Positions 13,934 through 20,000 of a stretch of 20,000 nt of DNA are shown piece by piece. Position 1 is the stretch's first letter. Every line of letters begins with the position of its first letter. The position numbers and the translations under genes were made by a program. Under the pieces are notes generated by a model. That model was given only the letters and a program-made list of their open reading frames with translations, did no database searches and was not told the DNA's origin. This DNA comes from an uncultured virus (IMG/VR IMGVR_UViG_3300021092_000032) (taxonomy: Duplodnaviria; Heunggongvirae; Uroviricota; Caudoviricetes), in the IMG/VR virus record IMGVR_UViG_3300021092_000032, one strand, 5' to 3'.

Positions 13934-16795
13934 CTAGGTGAGGGTTTGATGGTGGCTCTGAACGAAACGATAAGTTGGGTTCCATGCTGCGTCATTGTTC
14001 GGGTCTGTCGGCAGCCAGGGTTGACCGTATTGATCAATCCATGGCTCCGTTGATGCCCAGCCATTTGCCACGCCAAGCATCCAATCTGTAGCCGCCCACC
14101 CAGCATATGGCCAGGGCTGGCTTCCTTCAGTCCAGGCGTCGGTGTCGTCGCCGGTCCAGTTACCAGCCTGCCAATCTGGCGTGTCGGCCGTGGTCCAGGC
14201 TTCGGTTTCTTCCCATGCAGCGAGCGTGAAGTGGCGGAACGATGTGTGGCTGCTGCGGGTGTGTTGCGAAGTGGCACCTGGCGCGGCCAGGGCTGCGCTG
14301 GCGTGGAAACGGTGGATGCCATCTGCATATCTGGAGTGGGCGCTTGCAATCTGCAGGCTCGTGGGGTTCCAGGCCACACGCTGCGCCCACAGATTGTCGT
14401 TCCAGAAGCCCGCTGCCCCTTGCGACCAGTAGTTTTCGGTCCAAGATGCAGCGCCCCAAACCTCGCCGCCGGTTGCCCAAGCCTCGGCTCCATCGCCGGC
14501 CCAGTTGGCCTGACTCCAGTCCGTGAACAGGAACCGGGCGATTTCTGTCTGGCTTGTGCGGGTGTGCTGTGAGGTTGCGAAGCCCTGGCGATTTTCGACC
14601 GGGCCGGCCGATGCAAAACTCCGCTCGTACCGCTGCTCTTCTGCAAACCCAAGGACAGCATTGCTGGAGCCCAGGGGGTCGCTGTCGGAGAGATATATAC
14701 CTGCGCGAAGCTGCCGTCCAGCAAAACTTGAATACAGCGATTGCCAAGGCCCAGCATCTGCCCAGGTGGGGTGATGGTCCCAAACGGGAACGTCGGCCAC
14801 ATAATCGTTCCAGGCCAGCCCGTTCCATGCGTATGCATCCAGCCAGTGCGGCCGGCGTTGCGCTGCAATGGCCGGATCTGTTGTGCTGTCCCAGTTGCCG
14901 TCCGCCCATGTAATGAGGGTTTGCCAGGCAGGCCGAGCCACATCGTGCGGATATGGCAGCCAATCGATTTGAGACGCCCAAGTATTGGGGTCCACCGGTG
15001 CGCCCAGCAGGTTGAGCGCATGGTTGCGAGACAGCGTTTGCAGGTCCTGCACGACCGGGAACTCGCCCAGCAGGTGGAGGTCCAGGGTGAAGCTGTCCTG
15101 GTAGTCCAGAACCCGCGCAGTTTCGCGGGTGTGTGCTGCCAGGTTGCCGCCAGGCGTGTGCGCCGAGCTGGTGGTTTGGTAGCCGCGATCGAACCGTTGC
15201 TCTTCCGCAAATCCAAGAACTGCGTTGCTGGAGCCCAGCAAGTCGCTGTCGGACAGGTAAAGCCCAGCGCGGTACTGCCGTTGGGCGGAACTTGTGTACA
15301 GCGACTGCCAAGGGCCAGCATCGCCCCAGGTGGGGTGATGGTCCCAAGCTGGGACAATGGCCTCCAGGTCGCTCCAGGCAAGCTGCCCCCATGCGTAGGC
15401 GTCGGCCCAAAGCGGCCGGCGTCGCGCCACCTGTGCCGGGTCGGTGACTCCATCCCAGTTGCCGTCTTCCCAGGTGATGAACGATTCCCAAGAAGGCCGG
15501 GCAACATCGTTCGGGTACGGCAGCCAATCAATCTGCGAAGCCCAGGTGTCGGGATCAACCGGAGCGCCGAGAAGGTTGAGCGCATGGTTGCGGGAAAGCG
15601 TCTGCAGATCCAGGACCGGCGGGAACTCACCCAGCAGGTGCTGATCCAGCAGGAACTGGTCGTCCAGGCCATCAACAATGCGGCACCGCTCACGCGAGAC
15701 GGTGACATGGCTGGCAACGTCGGCCGCCGCAACCCCCACAGCGGAATGATCGCGATCAAAACGCTCCAGCAGCTCGTCATATTCAGTCCAGCTTTCGTGC
15801 TGGCTGAGGATGTTGAATCCAGTGGTGGGGTCGCCTTCGCTGAGCAGGAACGGCCCGGCGCCGTACTCTTCCTCAGTGCGTGCAGAGAAGCAGGCGTTTG
15901 TATCGTCAAGGGTTGCAGCATCGCTGAGGTACAGACCAGCCTTGGCAAACTTGAGCGGCGGCAGCACCGAATTAGTGGTGTTCCAACCGAGGACGGAATC
16001 CCAGGTGCCGTTTGTCCAGTTAGTGCCAGGACCGGGTAGTGGCCCGTGGGTGATTTCGATCATCCGCGAGCGGACAATGATGCCCACATCGGACAGGTGC
16101 CAGAACTCGTCGAGCTGGCTGTTGCTCAGCGTGAAGCGATCTTCGTAGAGGCCGAGCATCCCGTGGATGCGCTCAATGCCAAGCTCGCCAACGCCGTCGT
16201 CGCTGTAGTCGTCGTTGATTAAAAACTTGCGGCCGAAGCTGAGCTGCGGCCAGTCAGGGCGCAAATAGACGCCAGTGTGGTCACACAACCATGAGCCGCT
16301 ACTTAGCCCGTGGTCGTCGAGCAAGAACCGGCGGTGGTCGTAGCCGCTGTAGACCCTGAACAGGTTTGATCGCACTGGCGCCGAAAGGCGCGACACGCCG
16401 ATCAGCCCGTTGGTCACATTCAGATCGTCGGGTGCCTGGTCTAGGCCGAGCTGAAACTCGGCCCAGCGCAGCGTCCCAGCTTCAGACTCTTCAACAAATG
16501 GGGCAAAGCCAATCCATCTGAGTGCGGTTTTGAGGGCTTGCGGTGTGCCCCTGATGCGCTGCCATAGCACGCCTTCAGCCAGGGCCTGGCGTTGGTTGTT
16601 GCCCAGGTAGGGCAGCAGTTCATTCAGACCGTATTCATATATCAGCCACGGAACGACGCTGTCTGGAATGTCTATCCGTTTGGCTGTGCGGATCTTGCCA
16701 ACGGGTAGGCCAATACGCTCCAGACTGGATGTAGCACGCGAAAAGTCCCGCTCAAGCGTGGTCGCGTTGGGCGGCAGCAGGTCGTAAAGGCTCAT
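13934..16795 (-). CDS. gpI: P2 gpI-like baseplate wedge protein with a very long Trp-rich, repeat-containing C-terminal extension
   Basis: N-terminal LLPPNATTLERDF...VVPWLIYEYGL...EGVLWQRIRGTPQALKTALRWIG...W.EF is gpI-like; follows gpJ with an ATGA overlap; 953 aa versus under 200 aa for P2 gpI. Confidence 0.85.
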   Translation of the reverse strand: MSLYDLLPPNATTLERDFSRATSSLERIGLPVGKIRTAKRIDIPDSVVPWLIYEYGLNELLPYLGNNQRQALAEGVLWQRIRGTPQALKTALRWIGFAPFVEESEAGTLRWAEFQLGLDQAPDDLNVTNGLIGVSRLSAPVRSNLFRVYSGYDHRRFLLDDHGLSSGSWLCDHTGVYLRPDWPQLSFGRKFLINDDYSDDGVGELGIERIHGMLGLYEDRFTLSNSQLDEFWHLSDVGIIVRSRMIEITHGPLPGPGTNWTNGTWDSVLGWNTTNSVLPPLKFAKAGLYLSDAATLDDTNACFSARTEEEYGAGPFLLSEGDPTTGFNILSQHESWTEYDELLERFDRDHSAVGVAAADVASHVTVSRERCRIVDGLDDQFLLDQHLLGEFPPVLDLQTLSRNHALNLLGAPVDPDTWASQIDWLPYPNDVARPSWESFITWEDGNWDGVTDPAQVARRRPLWADAYAWGQLAWSDLEAIVPAWDHHPTWGDAGPWQSLYTSSAQRQYRAGLYLSDSDLLGSSNAVLGFAEEQRFDRGYQTTSSAHTPGGNLAAHTRETARVLDYQDSFTLDLHLLGEFPVVQDLQTLSRNHALNLLGAPVDPNTWASQIDWLPYPHDVARPAWQTLITWADGNWDSTTDPAIAAQRRPHWLDAYAWNGLAWNDYVADVPVWDHHPTWADAGPWQSLYSSFAGRQLRAGIYLSDSDPLGSSNAVLGFAEEQRYERSFASAGPVENRQGFATSQHTRTSQTEIARFLFTDWSQANWAGDGAEAWATGGEVWGAASWTENYWSQGAAGFWNDNLWAQRVAWNPTSLQIASAHSRYADGIHRFHASAALAAPGATSQHTRSSHTSFRHFTLAAWEETEAWTTADTPDWQAGNWTGDDTDAWTEGSQPWPYAGWAATDWMLGVANGWASTEPWIDQYGQPWLPTDPNNDAAWNPTYRFVQSHHQTLT
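14620..15665 (-). repeat. Diverged internal duplication, 564-bp (188-aa) period, within the gpI-like gene
   Basis: Two copies of F.LD.HLLGEFP.V.DLQTLSRNHALNLLGAPVDP.TWASQIDWLPYP.DVARP.W...WDHHPTW.DAGPWQSLY.S...RAG.YLSDSD.LGSSNAVLGFAEEQR; the anchor cccaggtggggtgatggtccca occurs at 14761 and 15325. Confidence 0.93.
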
Positions 16796-17763
16796 CGATC
16801 ACGACCGGCCAAGCTGAGCGAAATCGTGTCTAGGGCTGGGGCGTCACTTGCTGTGCAGATGATGTTCTGTGCCGGCGTTGTAAGAACAACACGTTGAACA
16901 CCGGCGGGGTGCAGTTGGGCAATCAGCCAGGTGGTCGTTACGTCCCAACCGAGGCCGGCCTGTTCTTCAAAGGCGGTCTTCAGCAGTGTGCCCAGCCCCT
17001 CGAACACTTCTGCCGGCGTGTCCGGGTAAAGGTAAACCTGGGCCACAACATCGACCGGGATGATGTTGGCGGCCTGGACTGCCACGGTGTCGGTCAACAC
17101 GCGCACGGCATCCGCCTGTATGGCGGTGTTTACTTTGGCAATCAGGTCGGGACTAGAAGCGCCATAGCCGCCACCGGCCTGGATCACAGCAAAGATCCGC
17201 AAGCGATAGGCAGCATCAGTTTCCCCGCTGTTGCGCACAACGCCAAATCCAGCGCCCAGCTGGTTAAGATCGGCGCCGGTTGCCTCTTCAACCTGCTCGG
17301 CTTCTTTGCTGAGAATGGCAATGCGCACTTCGCCGGGCGCAGGGCTGCTGACAGCGGCATCTTTTACACGCGAATCAGCAGACAAGGACTGGTAGCGATA
17401 CCATGCAGCGCCGCCGGCGGTGCTGCTGCCCATGATGCGCTCGACCGTGCGCAGCCGCAGTTCATCGTCGCTTTCTTCCGTGCGGCGTGTCAGGCCGTAA
17501 AAAGCTGCCAAGTTATCCAGGTCGCTGCCAAGCGCAAAGCGAAGCAACGTTGCCCGCAAAGCGTCGTTGATGCGCTGGCGAAGCAGCAGCTCACGGGCGG
17601 CGACGACTTCTAAGATTTTGATCCCTGGGTCCGACTCCAGAATCTCGCTGTACTCAGGGTCACGAGAGACCAGATCCGTGATTATGTCAGCAAGAATCTG
17701 CTCATAGTTGAGTTCCTCAATGATCGTTGGATCAGGTATGGAGCTGAATTCGATTGCTGCCAT
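16792..17763 (-). CDS. gpJ: Baseplate assembly protein J (P2 gpJ / gp47 family)
   Basis: PDPTIIEELNYEQIL, LESDPGIKILEVVAARELLLRQRINDA, GSDLDNLAA, ESDDELRLR, STAG...YRY.SLSADSRVKDA, VRVLTDTVAV, LHPAGVQRVVLTTP. Confidence 0.96.
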   Translation of the reverse strand: MAAIEFSSIPDPTIIEELNYEQILADIITDLVSRDPEYSEILESDPGIKILEVVAARELLLRQRINDALRATLLRFALGSDLDNLAAFYGLTRRTEESDDELRLRTVERIMGSSTAGGAAWYRYQSLSADSRVKDAAVSSPAPGEVRIAILSKEAEQVEEATGADLNQLGAGFGVVRNSGETDAAYRLRIFAVIQAGGGYGASSPDLIAKVNTAIQADAVRVLTDTVAVQAANIIPVDVVAQVYLYPDTPAEVFEGLGTLLKTAFEEQAGLGWDVTTTWLIAQLHPAGVQRVVLTTPAQNIICTASDAPALDTISLSLAGRDR

Positions 17764-18101
17764 CAGATCACCAGCCCCTCGATCTCGACCTTGCGGCCAT
17801 CGAGCAGATAGTAGCCAACAAGGCTCAGGCTGATTTGGCCGGCCTCACCCACAGATTCAATCTTCACTTGCTCCAACCGCAAGCGGGGCTCCCAGCGGTC
17901 CAGGGCTTCAGCAGTTGCAGCCACAAGGTCGGCTACAAGGCTTCTGTTGATCGGGCGGTCCACAAGGCGCGGTAAGCGGCTGCCGTAGTCCCGGCGATGC
18001 ACCCGAGTCCCGACGGGCGTGGTGAGAATATCCTCGACTGACTGGCGCAGGTGGTCAAAGCCGCCTAAGGCGGTACCGGTGCTGCGGCTCATCCCGGCCA
18101 T
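17763..18101 (-). CDS. gpW: Baseplate wedge protein W (GPW/gp25 family)
   Basis: GMSRSTG..L.GFDHLRQSVEDILTTPVGTRVHRRDYGSRLPRLVDRP...ATAEALDRWEPRLRL; AGGAGG at 18108-18113. Confidence 0.97.
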   Translation of the reverse strand: MAGMSRSTGTALGGFDHLRQSVEDILTTPVGTRVHRRDYGSRLPRLVDRPINRSLVADLVAATAEALDRWEPRLRLEQVKIESVGEAGQISLSLVGYYLLDGRKVEIEGLVI

Positions 18102-18111
18102 GCCGCGCCTC

Positions 18112-18615
18112 CTAAGGGTTCAGGTCAATTCTCGCACCGATGATCTTGACGTTGCCAGACGCGTTGATTTCCACGTCGCCAGACGCCTTGATTTCCACGT
18201 CGCCTTTTACGTCCATTAACAGCTTGTGGGCTTCACGGTCATATTCGATCACAGTGCCATCCTCGAAGGTTTGGCGTTGCACTGTTGGGCGGTCAGCGTT
18301 CTGGTTTTCGTTGCTGAATGCTGCTGGCAAAGCCACAGCATTCGCCAACTCGCCAGAAGGTGCCAGGACCAGCATGACTTCGCCCACCTCGGGCGCCCAC
18401 CAGAACTTATCGTTGCCGGCCCGCAGGGTCATCCACGGAATCCAGTCGGTTGTCAGTTCACCATCCTGCAACTCCACACGAATGACAGCTTTGGCGTAGT
18501 CAGCCTCCTTCACCACGCCATATCGGATGGCGTTGCTGAGCTGGCGGGCGCTTTCTGTGTTTTCGTAGGAGCCAACGCCGGAAGTAGTTTGGTCGTCGCG
18601 GTTAGCTCCGAGCAC
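18112..18615 (-). CDS. gpV: Baseplate spike protein V
   Basis: LSNAIRYGVV..DY...RV..GELTTDWIPWMTLRAG.DKFWWAPEVGEVMLVLAPSGEL, FEDGTVIEYDREAHKL, and 8-aa beta-helix repeats ending GARIDLNP. The GTG start is uncertain. Confidence 0.93.
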   Translation of the reverse strand: MLGANRDDQTTSGVGSYENTESARQLSNAIRYGVVKEADYAKAVIRVELQDGELTTDWIPWMTLRAGNDKFWWAPEVGEVMLVLAPSGELANAVALPAAFSNENQNADRPTVQRQTFEDGTVIEYDREAHKLLMDVKGDVEIKASGDVEINASGNVKIIGARIDLNP

Positions 18616-18961
18616 TGGCTAGCTTCACGAAATAGCGGGCCACGGCTGGCAAGTCGCCGGCCTGCATCGGCTCATCCAGTTTGCCGGTGAGCAGCAGCTT
18701 ACTGGCCGCCAGGCGCACAGCTTGAGCTAACTCGTGTGGCAACTCGGCCGGCAGTTCGGCGCCAAACTCCTCACGCACTGCAGCCGATGCCAGTTCGACA
18801 GCTCTGCTAAGGGCCGGGCTGTCGCCGTCATAGTCAATGTATGCAGCCAGGTCTTGAACTGAGACGCTGGTTTTCCAGGCTTCGTTTTCTGGCGTGCTGG
18901 GGTCATCGGCACGGAACTCACCGTTGGCGGTCCGGGCGCGGGTTTTGCGGGTGGTGGCCAT
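18602..18961 (-). CDS. Putative head-tail connector-like protein (HK97 gp6 / SPP1 gp15-like) with a basic/acidic N-terminal peptide
   Basis: The likely start is the ATG at 18961 (TAATG overlap), giving 119 aa. VSVQDLAAYIDYDGDSPALSRAVELASAAVREEFGAEL...PHELAQAVRLAASKLL...LPAVARYF resembles the gp6 helical pattern. Confidence 0.6.
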   Translation of the reverse strand: MATTRKTRARTANGEFRADDPSTPENEAWKTSVSVQDLAAYIDYDGDSPALSRAVELASAAVREEFGAELPAELPHELAQAVRLAASKLLLTGKLDEPMQAGDLPAVARYFVKLASARS

Positions 18962-19554
18962 TAGTTGATCGGCTCCTCTTGAGAGAACAGCTCGGCCTCG
19001 CCAATGGGGCAGGCTTCGCCTGTTTGGGTTGCCGGGGACCCGGCATAGATCCGCCCACCAGGATAAGCGCCACTCCGGTAGATGCTGGATGGATTGGCTT
19101 CCACGTATGGATCGCTGCAAGTGTCCCGGTAGCCCTTGCGGTAAATGATTTCGTAACGGAGCTTTGCGCAGCCGGTGCTCAGGCCGCCCTCCCACTCCAC
19201 TTCGCTGTTTGTGCTGGCCAAGCGGATCTCGCCGCTTTCAAAACCGGGCATGTCAAAACTGTTGAACCTGCCCTCAACCTGATCTGCAAAATCGTCCAGG
19301 GCGTCGTCCACGTCCTCGTAACTTTGCAGGTAGCACTCGATCATCGCGATGCACTTGCGCCGCGTAAAACCGCCGAAGCCACTTGCAGAGTAGGTTTCCA
19401 CGTCCTCTGGCTCGCGGGTGTGGACCACGATTGCAGGCAAATCCTGCTCTTCTAAAGGCGCTGGGCGGCCTGCATACACACGGGGCCCGGCTGCAGTTGC
19501 ATCGATCAGCCGGGCCACCATGGCGTTTCTAATTAGCTTGCGCGGGTGGGTCAT
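18961..19554 (-). CDS. Putative tail terminator / tail completion protein (lambda gpU-like)
   Basis: HPRKLIRNAMVARL...RVYAGRPAPL...LPAIVVHT..E...DDALDDFADQVE...L.YEIIY pattern and position after the head-tail joining gene; ~55-aa C-terminal tail. Confidence 0.7.
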   Translation of the reverse strand: MTHPRKLIRNAMVARLIDATAAGPRVYAGRPAPLEEQDLPAIVVHTREPEDVETYSASGFGGFTRRKCIAMIECYLQSYEDVDDALDDFADQVEGRFNSFDMPGFESGEIRLASTNSEVEWEGGLSTGCAKLRYEIIYRKGYRDTCSDPYVEANPSSIYRSGAYPGGRIYAGSPATQTGEACPIGEAELFSQEEPIN

Positions 19555-19865
19555 CCAGCGGCTCTGTGCAGCATGAGCAGCCAGCCGGTGTGTCCGTCGG
19601 GCTGCGCATCTCTAACTCGGTAAGTGGTGTTGCGCACCACAACAACATCGCCAGCACGGGGCTCAAAAGAAAGGCTCCACCCATCAATCAGAACGATTGG
19701 TTGGGTGGAGTTCACTTGCATCCCGGTTTCTGGGTCCAGGCCGACATGACTGGCCTGGTAAACGCCTTTGACCTGGGCTGATTGCTGACCACGGGTGTAA
19801 GTGACAGGTTCCCCCATCACCCGCACCACGGCAGTCAGCGCACGGTTGGCCAGGTCATTCAGCAT
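19551..19865 (-). CDS. Head-tail joining protein (lambda FII-like head closure)
   Basis: 104 aa, MGEPVTY...VKGVY...PRAGDVVVV...YRVRDAQPDGHTGWLLML beta-rich pattern; directly follows the DUF2190-like gene. Confidence 0.75.
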   Translation of the reverse strand: MLNDLANRALTAVVRVMGEPVTYTRGQQSAQVKGVYQASHVGLDPETGMQVNSTQPIVLIDGWSLSFEPRAGDVVVVRNTTYRVRDAQPDGHTGWLLMLHRAAG

Positions 19866-19999
19866 TAAACGCGGAGGCGCACAGTGGCAGCAGCGTCAGC
19901 AGTGGCGGCAGCTACAAGAAAGTGTCCGATGACGGTGTTGCCTGCGGCAACGCCAGTCACTTTCTTGGCGCTGTTGTCCCAGTAGGCCACAGCGCCCTG
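19865..19999 (-). CDS. C-terminal part of a DUF2190-family capsid cement/decoration protein (5' end outside the window)
   Basis: Hand translation: QGAVAYWDNSAKKVTGVAAGNTVIGHFLVAAATADAAATVRLRV*. The G..(V/A)YWD...K.VT....GNT.IG...AA....V.LR pattern matches this family; the stop overlaps the next ATG (TAATG). Confidence 0.8.
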   Translation of the reverse strand, partial: QGAVAYWDNSAKKVTGVAAGNTVIGHFLVAAATADAAATVRLRV

Positions 20000-20000
20000 A

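Noticed and set aside
14620..15665. Diversity-generating retroelement TR/VR pair
   Set aside because: Both copies are in-frame in one gene, the differences are not adenine-restricted, and there is no reverse transcriptase in the window.
13891..15948. 685-aa and 455-aa alternative-frame minus-strand ORFs as real genes
   Set aside because: Their composition is Arg/Pro/Gly/Thr-rich with no motifs, and the duplication is best conserved in the gpI frame. Not called as CDS; the stop-free anomaly is reported as a finding.
18962..19195. 5' extension of the 18602..19195 ORF given in the track
   Set aside because: It overlaps the terminator-like gene by 234 nt. The ATG at 18961 with a TAATG overlap is a much better start.
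82..19781. Numerous + strand ORFs in the track (e.g. 14741-16039, 16894-17613, 5472-6119, 18841-19455)
   Set aside because: All are antisense to recognisable phage genes in GC-rich sequence and show no protein motifs; treated as shadow ORFs.
1..20000. Tailocin or extracellular contractile injection system rather than a phage
   Set aside because: Head-associated genes (DUF2190-like, head-tail joining) are co-transcribed upstream, and no eCIS-type AAA ATPase or toxin cargo is visible.

Overview
The whole window is one tightly packed, minus-strand phage virion morphogenesis operon. Many neighbouring genes overlap at ATGA, TAATG or TGATG. In transcription order (right to left) it encodes: the end of a DUF2190-like capsid cement protein, a head-tail joining protein, a tail terminator-like protein, a gp6/gp15-like connector, P2-like baseplate V, W, J and a greatly extended I, a 161-aa baseplate/fibre-attachment protein, a 1054-aa DUF4815/VrlC-like protein, a tail fibre with RCC1-like repeats, two small ORFs, sheath FI, tube FII, chaperone E with a -1 frameshift extension (E'), tape measure, U, X, and a gpD hub that runs off the left edge. 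The ORF track misses gpD, E', a 42-aa basic ORF and the DUF2190 fragment, so I translated these by hand. This looks like a myovirus or prophage with a lambda-like neck and a P2-like contractile tail. A cyanobacterial or aquatic host is only an inference from motif resemblance. The most unusual feature is that many core tail proteins carry extra modules: gpD is fused to an NlpC/P60/CHAP-like domain that appears to lack its catalytic His, gpU has seven 12-aa Gly repeats, the sheath has an ~85-aa insertion, gpJ has a duplicated motif, gpI has 188-aa-period Trp-rich repeats, and the tape measure has a recent 99-bp duplication. A 1.36-kb stretch inside gpI has no stop codon in any of the three minus-strand frames. 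All family assignments come from motif recognition and gene order, not database searches.
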